Source of the DNA: a virus
Taxonomy: Duplodnaviria > Caudoviricetes
Reading direction: 5' to 3' (one strand)
Length of the DNA: 64,000 bases
IMG/VR virus record: IMGVR_UViG_3300027255_000165
This document shows positions 1 through 8,874 of the stretch, piece by piece. A program made the position numbers and the translations under genes. The notes beneath the pieces are model-generated. The model ran no database searches, was not told the origin of the DNA, and saw nothing but the letters and a program-made list of their open reading frames with translations. The first letter of the stretch is position 1. Each line of letters starts with the position of its first letter.

Positions 1-1579
1 TGATAACAAAGGTGTTGATCTGGTTTTCTTTGATCACCTGTGATAGAATCTTCAAGATGTTGTAAACACCATCCTGGTCAACAGAACTCAACAATTCGTC
101 AAGGAATAGAAGGTTCAATTGTGGGAATCTGAGTTTTAGGATCTTGATGATGGCAATGATGATAATGAAATCCGCCTTCTTACGTTCACCGGTTGATAGG
201 GTCATTGGGTTAACCTCTTCACCGTGATTGGTAATGATACAATCAAACTTGTCATTGAATCGAATGTGGAACGGAAGGTGCATTGTGTTCGCCATTGCAG
301 CGATGTTGGTGTTCAATCCAGGTAGAATAGTCTTAACCGCTAGATTCTTCACACCGTCTTCACCTAGGATTGATTCAATCAACTCTAAGAACTGATAATC
401 ATTAGAGTGTTTAGACTTATCCTGACTCTTTTGAACCTCTTGGTCTTCAAACTCACGAATTAGGGAGTTCAAGGATTCAAACTGTTCTGATGCCCCAACC
501 GTTTCTTTGATCTTAATCAACTCATTCTTGATTGAACGAATGTTGGTATTCAGGGTTGAAACCTTATCTAAGACCGCACGTTCTTTAACACGAGTATCAT
601 TAATCTTTTGTTTGATTAATTGAACCTCTTGTTCCGCCTTTTGAAGTTGTTCTGGAGTTTCATTAACTCGGTCTTTGTACTCCTTTTTCTTGTGAACGTG
701 AAATTCAGAATCTAAAGGTGCTTCACAAGTTGGACAGGTGTTGTTCTCGTATAGGGACAGTTTTCTCTTCGCAGATTCAAGTTCGTACTTTAGTTTGGTG
801 TAACTTGAGGTCTTGGTTTCAAGATCAGTTTCAAACGTGCCAATCCTGTCAGTGATCTGATCTCTTGCCTCTTCAAGTTTCTTACGATTGTCATCAAACT
901 TTACCAGTTGTGACTTTAATTTTTCAATCTGACCCTTGGACTTTTCATCACTCTCCGCTTGTAATTGATTCAACTTCATTTTAACCTGAACGATTGATTC
1001 TTCAATCTGTCGCAGTTCAGTGTCATACGAATCAATATCCGTCTTTAGGTTCTTACGTTCCTCCTTAACGGTTCGTTGCATGTCGTTCAGGATTGAGAAC
1101 CCAAACATACGGTCAATGATCTGTTTCTTGTCCATTGGGGACATGGTCAAGAAGGATTTAAAGTCGTTGATTGATAGGATAATAATGTTCTTGAATACGT
1201 GATATGGAATTCCATACACCTCTTCTTCAAGATACTCTTGAACTGATCTCTTACCCGCTTTGTCAAACTCAACCCCATTAACTAGGACTGAGAACCTAGA
1301 GGGTGCAAGACCACGTTCAATCTCAATGTCCATCGTACCACACTGAAGTTTGATACGAACCCATAATTCACGGTTAATACGGTTTGGAAGATCTGACATT
1401 CGAACACCTTCAACCTTACCATACAGGGCAAAGATGATTGCATTCGCAATGGTGGTCTTACCGTCACCGTTTTTACCCAGGGTCAAATACAACTCCGCCT
1501 TATCGTCAGAGAATTCAATCTTTTGAACCTTGTTTCCGTAAGATGCGATGTTCTTAAACTCTATCGACTTAATCTTCAT
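1..1579 (-). CDS. gp46: Recombination endonuclease ATPase subunit (T4 gp46 / SbcC / Rad50-like), 3' end cut by the window edge
   Basis: Not in the ORF track; translated by hand. ATG at 1579-1577 overlaps the gp47 stop. MKIKSIEFKNIASYGN, Walker A GKNGDGKTT, zinc-hook CPTC (~725-740), ABC signature LSTGERKK and Walker B LLFLDE near the left edge. The frame stays open to position 1. Confidence 0.93.
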   Translation of the reverse strand, partial: MKIKSIEFKNIASYGNKVQKIEFSDDKAELYLTLGKNGDGKTTIANAIIFALYGKVEGVRMSDLPNRINRELWVRIKLQCGTMDIEIERGLAPSRFSVLVNGVEFDKAGKRSVQEYLEEEVYGIPYHVFKNIIILSINDFKSFLTMSPMDKKQIIDRMFGFSILNDMQRTVKEERKNLKTDIDSYDTELRQIEESIVQVKMKLNQLQAESDEKSKGQIEKLKSQLVKFDDNRKKLEEARDQITDRIGTFETDLETKTSSYTKLKYELESAKRKLSLYENNTCPTCEAPLDSEFHVHKKKEYKDRVNETPEQLQKAEQEVQLIKQKINDTRVKERAVLDKVSTLNTNIRSIKNELIKIKETVGASEQFESLNSLIREFEDQEVQKSQDKSKHSNDYQFLELIESILGEDGVKNLAVKTILPGLNTNIAAMANTMHLPFHIRFNDKFDCIITNHGEEVNPMTLSTGERKKADFIIIIAIIKILKLRFPQLNLLFLDELLSSVDQDGVYNILKILSQVIKENQINTFVI

Positions 1580-2700
1580 CCTTCCTCAGTGTTTACCTCG
1601 TAGTTATAGACACATCTGTCATGTAGATCTTTTAGAGTCTGATGTATCTTTTGTTTCATTTCATCGTCATGAGGTAACCCATCTACGTAGGTTCTGAATA
1701 GGTGTTGGATGTTATAATTTTTGTACTGTCCTTCAATCTCATCCATATCATACAGATCCTTGTCGATGATGTCTTGTTCCTGATAGATGTTGGGTTCGAT
1801 TCGTCGAGCGGACTTTTGAATCTTCTGAATTAGGGTGCCAAGGGATGCAGTCTGTGCAATCGAACTTGGAATGTACAGATCAACAAAGTTATTGTCAATG
1901 TGTTTCTTAAAGTCACCTAGAGTGGTATTGTACAGTGTAGTAATGTTGTACTTTACAAACTTGGGTGAATACTTGTTCTCAAAGAAGGTTTCTTCCATTG
2001 TTGACAAGTCAACCAGGTCAAATCCTTTAGGGTTTCCAGAATCTGAACGGGTTAGTTGGTACGGAGTACCAACCATTCGGAGTTGTCCTTTCTTTTGACG
2101 GTAGTGAATGTGACCTGAATACACTGCGTCATAACGATCAAAGTTTTGAGAGTCAGACCCATGTTCATTCTTAACCTTTGAATTCAATGCAACGCCTCGT
2201 ACTTCTGAGTGACAGAAAACGATGTTAGAGTTAGGAAACTCAGCGAGGGTTTCAGACTCATGATCAACGTCTCTTCTCCATGGCATCAGTAAGATCTTCT
2301 TGTCTAACCACTTATATTCGATCGGGTCTTTATAAACCTGTACACCTGGGATCCACTTGATTGAATCAATCGCAGACACGTCATTAGATTTCTTGGCCCA
2401 AATGTCGTGGTTACCAACAATAACATGTGTAGGTAGAATCTTACCCAGTCTTTCGAACAGGTTGATTGCATAGTGGAGAACCTTTAGGTTGATGGACTGA
2501 CGATTGTCAAATGCATCACCAACCTGAACCAACACATCACCAGGTTGAACGTTCTTTTCAAGGGTTGGAATAAACACCTTATCGTAAAAGTCCTGTTGAA
2601 TTTCCAACCACTCCTGAGAATTGGCACGAACCCCTAAGTGCATATCACCTAGGATCCACACCCTTTTAACGGGTTGTTGAAGTGTTTTCTGATCGATCAT
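1576..2700 (-). CDS. gp47: Recombination endonuclease nuclease subunit (T4 gp47 / SbcD / Mre11 metallophosphoesterase)
   Basis: Motifs GDMHLG, GDAFD, VGNHD and SGHIH; coupled to gp46. Confidence 0.93.
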   Translation of the reverse strand: MIDQKTLQQPVKRVWILGDMHLGVRANSQEWLEIQQDFYDKVFIPTLEKNVQPGDVLVQVGDAFDNRQSINLKVLHYAINLFERLGKILPTHVIVGNHDIWAKKSNDVSAIDSIKWIPGVQVYKDPIEYKWLDKKILLMPWRRDVDHESETLAEFPNSNIVFCHSEVRGVALNSKVKNEHGSDSQNFDRYDAVYSGHIHYRQKKGQLRMVGTPYQLTRSDSGNPKGFDLVDLSTMEETFFENKYSPKFVKYNITTLYNTTLGDFKKHIDNNFVDLYIPSSIAQTASLGTLIQKIQKSARRIEPNIYQEQDIIDKDLYDMDEIEGQYKNYNIQHLFRTYVDGLPHDDEMKQKIHQTLKDLHDRCVYNYEVNTEEG

Positions 2701-3146
2701 TAGAATAATCGGTTAATGTTCTTCTTCTTAAGAATTCCTGTTTTGTTGTCAAGTTCTTCAATCAAACCCTCCTTAAAGGTGTTTGATAGGGAATTATAGA
2801 ACTTGGTTGGGTGAACGTTAAAGTAATCGCATAACTCAGAAAAGATTTCAATTCTAGAGTGGTTACGTACAAGTTCTCCTTCAATGTAATCATAAACGCT
2901 ATTGATGTCGTTCTTCTTCAACTTACGTGAATCTGAGAACTCGTCTAGATCATTAAAGGTTTTGAATCGTGAAGATTCAATTAGAGCGTGAATCTTTTCC
3001 TGTAGGATTCGCTGTTGAATCTTTTCTTCTTCAGGTCGATCATCAGTCCATTGTGGACTGAGGTTAAAGGTCATGGAGCCATCCAATTCGAATTCAGTTG
3101 ATTCGAAGTTGTTGTCAAATATTTTATCGTGTCTTTCGCGTGACAT
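2700..3146 (-). CDS. Hypothetical protein; C-terminal half resembles T4-like late-transcription coactivator gp33
   Basis: 148-aa ORF. The C-terminal pattern ELCDYFNV...LSNTFKEGLIEE...LKKKNINRLF recalls gp33 family spacing, by eye only. Confidence 0.4.
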   Translation of the reverse strand: MSRERHDKIFDNNFESTEFELDGSMTFNLSPQWTDDRPEEEKIQQRILQEKIHALIESSRFKTFNDLDEFSDSRKLKKNDINSVYDYIEGELVRNHSRIEIFSELCDYFNVHPTKFYNSLSNTFKEGLIEELDNKTGILKKKNINRLF

Positions 3147-3149
3147 ATC

Positions 3150-4463
3150 TTATAGTGTATGTATGTTTGAACCGGTGATGTCCTCGGTTTCGTTTAGTCT
3201 CATCATATTATAGTTGATTATCAACCTACATTTTGTACCCTTACCTTCACCATCTCTGATCTTTAGGATTTTCAACCAGTACTCAAAGTTCGCTCGCATC
3301 AAATCATCTTGAATAATACCCAACATTACATCTGCAGTGTGTGATAGACCTGCAGATTCCGCAACGTCAGACATTGAGATGTCAGATGCATTATATCCTG
3401 AACGCGTGATCTGTGTCGCTGTAACAATTAGCCAATTGTTACGAACTCCCATTGCACGAAGATCTTCAGCGATCTGTTTGATTTTCAGATAGGTGTTCTC
3501 CGAGTTTGGATTTCTGTAATTTGAAAGAATGTTAATGTAGTCAATTACGATTACATTTAGTTTTACTTTCTTTTCTTCTTCAACTTGTTTGAGGTACGAT
3601 TCAATATCGAGAACCGTCGCCTGTGAAGTTGGAAACTGTTTAACGAATAGATTTCCAGGAGGAGTTAGACCATTACCAACAGTTTCCAATCTACGTTGAA
3701 TGTAGTCCTTATTCTTTGACTTTTCCTGGTACTCGTTGATTGGAATTGATAGAAGGTTTGAACCAATACGTTTTACAAACTTATGGTCCGCCATTTCTGC
3801 AGTAATGACCGCAGTGTTGTGACCCATTTTAACAGCGGTTGCAGCATCATTCGCTAGAAAGATTGACTTACCGATGTTTTGTTCACCAACGTAAACAATT
3901 AAGTTACCACCTCTATCATATCCACCGCCAAGAAGACGGTCAATAAAGTTGTAACCCGAACTTACCTTTTCAGTTTCTTTTTGATCGTGGGCATTAGGGT
4001 CAAAGAAGTCTAGACCCAGGTTAGAATCAAAGTTAATTGAGTTACGGTCATTGATTAGACCTTTAAACTTATTGACTAAAGCATCAACGTTTTCAGGTGT
4101 AACTGTAGTGGTCTTAATGAACTCGATTGAATCTGCGAGAGATTCATTGAAGTTGCGCCATTTGATCCAAGACTCTGCGGTTGAGGTCAACCATTCGTCA
4201 TCGTATTCATGTAGATTGACATCATAGATGAGGTCAATCATTTCATCACTTACCTTTTCTTTTTGCTTTGAACTCTTAACGAGTAGCTTCATCTGATCCT
4301 TAGAAGGAGTCTCGTGAAACCGCTCGTAGAACTTGTGAGCTAATTTAGATAAGTGATCAATCTCTTCAGAAGTGTAGAAACCACCCTTGATGGTATCTAA
4401 ATACTTTACCCTCTGTAGAGATAGCTTAAAGAATATCTTTTCAAAATCTTGACCGAACTGCAT
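3150..4463 (-). CDS. gp41: Replicative DnaB-like helicase (T4 gp41-like)
   Basis: Walker A GEQNIGKS, IVIDYINI, VTATQITR, DVAESAGLSHTAD and LKIRDG. Confidence 0.9.
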   Translation of the reverse strand: MQFGQDFEKIFFKLSLQRVKYLDTIKGGFYTSEEIDHLSKLAHKFYERFHETPSKDQMKLLVKSSKQKEKVSDEMIDLIYDVNLHEYDDEWLTSTAESWIKWRNFNESLADSIEFIKTTTVTPENVDALVNKFKGLINDRNSINFDSNLGLDFFDPNAHDQKETEKVSSGYNFIDRLLGGGYDRGGNLIVYVGEQNIGKSIFLANDAATAVKMGHNTAVITAEMADHKFVKRIGSNLLSIPINEYQEKSKNKDYIQRRLETVGNGLTPPGNLFVKQFPTSQATVLDIESYLKQVEEEKKVKLNVIVIDYINILSNYRNPNSENTYLKIKQIAEDLRAMGVRNNWLIVTATQITRSGYNASDISMSDVAESAGLSHTADVMLGIIQDDLMRANFEYWLKILKIRDGEGKGTKCRLIINYNMMRLNETEDITGSNIHTL

Positions 4464-4476
4464 TATTGAGTATATT

Positions 4477-5052
4477 TTAGGCTTCTATACGAAATTGACC
4501 AACTTGTTTACTATATGGTTCATTTTCCCATAGATTAATTGCAATTGCATGTCGAGTTCCACTCGTTACTGGTTTAACTTCATGAACATAATTGCCTGCT
4601 CCAAAGATAATTAATCGATTAGGTTTAGCCTTTACGATCTCAGGTGGAGAGTTCACTCCGTCTGTGTAAATTGCTAATTCTCCACCTTCAAATTCTTGAC
4701 CTGCTGGATAATATACTGTTCCTATTAATGGAATCACAATAGCACCAGTTTTTTCAAACCAAGCTTCATCTTTATCGTAATGATTTCCAAGAATATTTTT
4801 GAATCCTTTTTCTGGATTAGCAGTTTGAATTCCAGTCCAATATTCAAATCCATTGATATTAAAGCTCTCATTGATTGGACAATTATGTCCCCAAATATAT
4901 TCAATCAATCTTTTCTTAATTGTATTAGCTGATGAATCCCACCATCCTCCCCAGTAATAATAAACACCGGGATCGGCAAAAAAAGTTTGATCAGCTGCAA
5001 TATCTTTAAGCAACATTTCATCTTTTACGAAGTTATCAATTACTACAATCAT
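4477..5052 (-). CDS. 2OG-Fe(II) oxygenase (prolyl-4-hydroxylase-like)
   Basis: HYD...GGEL...KPNRLIIF...HEVKPV...R; HxD...H facial triad plus the 2OG-binding Arg. Confidence 0.8.
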   Translation of the reverse strand: MIVVIDNFVKDEMLLKDIAADQTFFADPGVYYYWGGWWDSSANTIKKRLIEYIWGHNCPINESFNINGFEYWTGIQTANPEKGFKNILGNHYDKDEAWFEKTGAIVIPLIGTVYYPAGQEFEGGELAIYTDGVNSPPEIVKAKPNRLIIFGAGNYVHEVKPVTSGTRHAIAINLWENEPYSKQVGQFRIEA

Positions 5053-5354
5053 TCGAATGGATTTATTATAATTTTGTAGGCTTCTTTGCCCGGTTGATCT
5101 TTAGTCTGTTCTAAATAACCTTCTTCTAATAGTTTATTTAGAGATGCATCGATCACTTCTGGTGAAAAGTCTTTGAAGTGATATTGGACTACAGCATGTT
5201 TGGTAAAACTATCCTTATAACGATCTGGATTACGATAGGCCAGATTGATATAGAAATGTAAGATGTCAAAAGGATCTGGATAACTTTCCAGATCCTTTTC
5301 AATCCCTAGGATAAATTTAATTGGGAGACGATCTTCGTTAATCGTTAGCAACAT
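5049..5354 (-). CDS. Hypothetical protein, possible winged-helix domain
   Basis: 101-aa ORF overlapping both neighbours. C-terminal IDASLNKLLEEGYLEQ...YKI is wHTH-like. Confidence 0.5.
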   Translation of the reverse strand: MLLTINEDRLPIKFILGIEKDLESYPDPFDILHFYINLAYRNPDRYKDSFTKHAVVQYHFKDFSPEVIDASLNKLLEEGYLEQTKDQPGKEAYKIIINPFE

Positions 5355-6462
5355 CTTCTAAGATCTCATCAATGTTTATATCTTCGATCTCTTCCATATT
5401 GTAGTTGAAGATCGGTTGAATGTGTGCATCGATTCTCTTTAGAACCTCAGTCGTGAATACCTTATCAGTGAAGAAGTCTTTGTTATCGACTGCTTCGTCA
5501 AGGTGTTCACAAACCCAAGTGCGTGCAGTTTTCTTTAAGATCTTCTCACCGGTCTTAGGATCGATAGTTCCTCGATCGACACCGCAAATATCCCATGATA
5601 CGTAGTTTTCAAGACCAACGTAACGGTTCATGCCTTTAGAGAAGTGCAAGTGAAACTTGATCTTTGAAGGTTTAGCGAAACGGTTCTTGTTAGGTGACGC
5701 AGTAACGATAATACCTGCTTTCTGATCTCCTTCTTTCAATTGTGCCTTGTTCAAGAATAAAACGATTGACGCTGCATATTCAGGACCTGTACCTCCACCT
5801 GCAATTTGAGTTGGGATAAAGGATTGTGATTGATATGTGTGGTTGGTGAACAAGAAAGGAATCTTTAGATCTGCCATCGGAGTCATGATAATTCTAAAGA
5901 TTGACTTTAGAACCTTTGAACGTGTCATATCCGACTTATCAGACCCCGATGCAGCATCGTCAATTTCCTTTGCGGTTGCAAGGTTACCGGCAGAATCAAG
6001 AATAATTAGGATCTTAGGCAATTCTGCGCCTGATGCTTTTGCATCTTGCATTTTCTTGGTGATGCGGGTGACTGAAGTACGGAAATCTTGAACCGTATTA
6101 ACGGGTTGATAGTTAACTTTGTTTGTATCAATGCCAAACTTCTTCATTTGATCTCGATCCACCGCAGCTTCAGAATCATAATAGATGATACTGTAGCCCA
6201 TGTCAATTGCCCTCTTCACCGTGTTCAACATCAAATATGTCTTACCCGTTCCTGAAGGACCAGCAACCGAACATGCTCTATTATTTGGCCATCCGCCAAA
6301 CACAGACCCTGAGATACATGCGTTCAGGTTATAGTTGCCGGTGTCGATCCACTCTGTAACTTCACTAAAAGAAGAGTGTTCCATGATAGAACCTAACGGA
6401 TTGATGTCCTTCAACTCTGCGTTAAGATCTTCAAATGTGAATTCAGTTAATTTCTTCGCCAT
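5338..6462 (-). CDS. uvsX: RecA-like recombinase UvsX
   Basis: Walker A AGPSGTGKT, YYDSEAA, ILDSAGNL and FTNHTY...GGTGPEYAAS. Confidence 0.92.
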   Translation of the reverse strand: MAKKLTEFTFEDLNAELKDINPLGSIMEHSSFSEVTEWIDTGNYNLNACISGSVFGGWPNNRACSVAGPSGTGKTYLMLNTVKRAIDMGYSIIYYDSEAAVDRDQMKKFGIDTNKVNYQPVNTVQDFRTSVTRITKKMQDAKASGAELPKILIILDSAGNLATAKEIDDAASGSDKSDMTRSKVLKSIFRIIMTPMADLKIPFLFTNHTYQSQSFIPTQIAGGGTGPEYAASIVLFLNKAQLKEGDQKAGIIVTASPNKNRFAKPSKIKFHLHFSKGMNRYVGLENYVSWDICGVDRGTIDPKTGEKILKKTARTWVCEHLDEAVDNKDFFTDKVFTTEVLKRIDAHIQPIFNYNMEEIEDINIDEILEDVAND

Positions 6463-6652
6463 TGTTTTCTAGGGTTTGTTGTTCTTTTTCTCGAAGAGCT
6501 TGAAGCTCTGTTAATAGTTTACCTGTCTCGATTTCAATCTTTGACATGTTATCCTGTAGACGATTCAACTCACGGTAAATGAAATCATATCGTTCAACAA
6601 AGAATATTTCGTTTTGTGATAGACCTTCAAGGTCTCTTGGTCTGAGTGCCAT
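6443..6652 (-). CDS. Small coiled-coil hypothetical protein
   Basis: 69-aa ORF with heptad pattern, overlapping the uvsX start. Confidence 0.55.
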   Translation of the reverse strand: MALRPRDLEGLSQNEIFFVERYDFIYRELNRLQDNMSKIEIETGKLLTELQALREKEQQTLENNGEEIN

Positions 6653-6656
6653 ATTT

Positions 6657-6785
6657 TTAGTAAGCTGGACTGTTTTGCTGGATGTAATCCCATACTAGTT
6701 TGCGAACAGATGCTCCAAATTCCATGTCGTTTGGATTTTCAGTGTGAAGTTCAACTAATTGGGTCATGAGTTTATTATCTTCCAT
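6657..6785 (-). CDS. Small hypothetical protein (42 aa, MEDNKLMTQLVELHTENPNDMEFGASVRKLVWDYIQQNSPAY)
   Basis: Translated by hand. Fills the gap, follows an AAAC-N17-TATA motif and carries an NPNDMEFG..VR motif typical of small phage proteins. Confidence 0.6.
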   Translation of the reverse strand: MEDNKLMTQLVELHTENPNDMEFGASVRKLVWDYIQQNSPAY

Positions 6786-6826
6786 GATTAGTGTATTTTA
6801 ATTTATACTACGTGAATGTGTTTTGT

Positions 6827-8035
6827 TTAGAACAAAGAAGTTGAGTAAATTAGATTACGATTAATGGACTGTAATCCAACTGACGTTAACAATCGATTCA
6901 AGGGATCAATGATTGATTTTTCAAACTGTGTTTCGTAATCAACCTGTGGCGCAAATTCATAAGGATGATCTCCTGGAAGGTATGCAAATACGTCTGAAAT
7001 TCCACCTGGATCAATTGCGTGATAGATCTTCAACTTCTCACCATTACCAATCAGTCGATACTTTGATTTGAATTTTTGGTTGTTGTTCAACAAGAAGTTG
7101 TAATATCCTGCAGCCTTTACGTTGGGCGGACACTTTAGACCAAACTGAAATTCAATATGATCATCAACAATATATCTTTCAATGTTATTTGTTCTCTTAT
7201 TGAACGCAATTTCATCGAGCTTGGCCATCTTGAACTGCTTCTTGGCTTCGCTTAAGAATGATGTAAGTTTTTGAAGGGTGTCTGCTGTAGGGCCAGCCTC
7301 TTCATTAAACATAATCTTAAGGGCCTCTGTTAATTTAGCCCTAGCAAACGTAGGAGTAGAGGATTGAATGGTATCAAATCCAATGGTCTTTACTTTACTC
7401 AGTGGCTTATGGCGTTCAGTCGTAGGAATCTTATCATCCCACGCAATATCCTGAATGTACTTTTTCTTACTCATCCAAATGCCAGAGTAGGCCACTGTTT
7501 CTAGCTCAAAAACTAAGAAGTTATCGGTGTTGGCTGCTACTGCATACTTTTCCATTGCTTTAACAATATACTCTTTAATTCTAAAATTGTATACTGCTAG
7601 GATGAATGTATCAATGGTCATCGGTTCTCCTGTCCATTCACATGTTTTATACATCTCATCGAACTGTACGTAGCACGAATCAGTATCAATGTAAATTACA
7701 GATGGGCGGTGGCATTGTCCTTTAACTGTTACGCCGATGTGTTCGTGTAACTTAGTGTCTTTATGCCAAAAATCATGAAAGTACTTATTTAATACTTGTT
7801 CAGAATACAGGATAGCGTTTTGACCCTGTAAGGTAATTGATTCGGCAATATCTAGATTAAAGAAGTGAAACCACTTATTACCAAATGCACCGTAAACTGA
7901 GTTTAGCGTTACCTTAACCGCTTGCTCATAAGCCGTAAACTTGGCGGACTCTTTTTGATAATAGTCCACCAAGCTTTGTAGCTCGTCTTTTCCTAGTCGA
8001 TCTAGGGAAGTATTCTTTAGTTCTTCTAAAGTCAT
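6827..8035 (-). CDS. gp43: Family B DNA polymerase, C-terminal subunit (fingers, palm and thumb; gp43B-like)
   Basis: Motif B KVTLNSVYG, motif C YIDTDS, KKKY; ends IYSTSLF. Lacks the exonuclease domain and motif A. Confidence 0.92.
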   Translation of the reverse strand: MTLEELKNTSLDRLGKDELQSLVDYYQKESAKFTAYEQAVKVTLNSVYGAFGNKWFHFFNLDIAESITLQGQNAILYSEQVLNKYFHDFWHKDTKLHEHIGVTVKGQCHRPSVIYIDTDSCYVQFDEMYKTCEWTGEPMTIDTFILAVYNFRIKEYIVKAMEKYAVAANTDNFLVFELETVAYSGIWMSKKKYIQDIAWDDKIPTTERHKPLSKVKTIGFDTIQSSTPTFARAKLTEALKIMFNEEAGPTADTLQKLTSFLSEAKKQFKMAKLDEIAFNKRTNNIERYIVDDHIEFQFGLKCPPNVKAAGYYNFLLNNNQKFKSKYRLIGNGEKLKIYHAIDPGGISDVFAYLPGDHPYEFAPQVDYETQFEKSIIDPLNRLLTSVGLQSINRNLIYSTSLF

Positions 8036-8784
8036 TATTCAGCCGTTTGACAAGTAGCAATCGTCAACAATGTGTTAGAGTCATTAGACTTCATAACAAC
8101 CTTATTTGCTGATACGTAAACTGCGTACTCTTCACGGTCTAGAAGATTCAAATACTTTTTGTAAAGGGTTGCAGAAGCTGATTGACCATTGTACTCTGAA
8201 CCTGCTTGATAGTTATAAGTCTTACCTTTAACTCGAACACCTTCGCCATTCGCTTTAATTTCAAACGTTTCATCTTTATCAAGATTAAACAGTGACTTGA
8301 TTTTACCAAGTGTGAAAGTGTCAAGCGTAAAATCAAATGCCGACCCTTCACGTGAAAAGATGCCTTCAATTTGAGAATCTGTAAGATCTTTGAAACCAAG
8401 AGAAGGTTCAGAACAAACTAGTGTGATTTCAAGTTCATTATTGAAAATCTTCATTGTAGATGATACATAGTCTTCTTCGTTCTCGATCAATTCGATCTCT
8501 GCTGAGATTTGATCTGAACCAAACATCTTAATTGCTTCAAGAACTTTGTTAGCGTCAAAGAAAGCAACTTTGATTTCCTTACCTTCAGGAAGATCACCAT
8601 CGACAGTGAACAACTCTGAAATTGGCTGTGAATGCATTTTAACTGCATCACGTTGTGGTAGATAAACCGCAGATTGAATGTTACCGTTACGCAACTTGAA
8701 GTACAGGAATGAATCGATTGACTTCAGGCGATTAACGAACTCTACGAATTGGTTCTGATCTACGCGATTGATTTGAATTTTCAT
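8035..8784 (-). CDS. gp45: Probable sliding clamp (gp45-like)
   Basis: 249 aa with an alternating beta/alpha pattern of clamp size. Its stop overlaps the polymerase start (TAATG). No diagnostic motif, so the call is mostly from size and context. Confidence 0.65.
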   Translation of the reverse strand: MKIQINRVDQNQFVEFVNRLKSIDSFLYFKLRNGNIQSAVYLPQRDAVKMHSQPISELFTVDGDLPEGKEIKVAFFDANKVLEAIKMFGSDQISAEIELIENEEDYVSSTMKIFNNELEITLVCSEPSLGFKDLTDSQIEGIFSREGSAFDFTLDTFTLGKIKSLFNLDKDETFEIKANGEGVRVKGKTYNYQAGSEYNGQSASATLYKKYLNLLDREEYAVYVSANKVVMKSNDSNTLLTIATCQTAE

Positions 8785-8844
8785 GCTTAATTATTTTCGT
8801 TTAGTTATTGTATAGTAAAATTGGTAATTTGTTTCACATAAAAA

Positions 8845-8863
8845 AACCCGCTCAAAGCGGGTT
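8845..8863 (-). terminator. Rho-independent terminator after nrdA
   Basis: AACCCGCT-3nt-AGCGGGTT stem followed by a T-run on the minus strand. Confidence 0.85.
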
Positions 8864-8874
8864 CTTAAATAATG

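Noticed and set aside
4477-5052. TET/JBP-type 5mC dioxygenase feeding the glucosyltransferase
   Set aside because: Size and motifs fit the P4H-like family, it is not adjacent to a methyltransferase, and the dCTPase points to pre-replicative modification.
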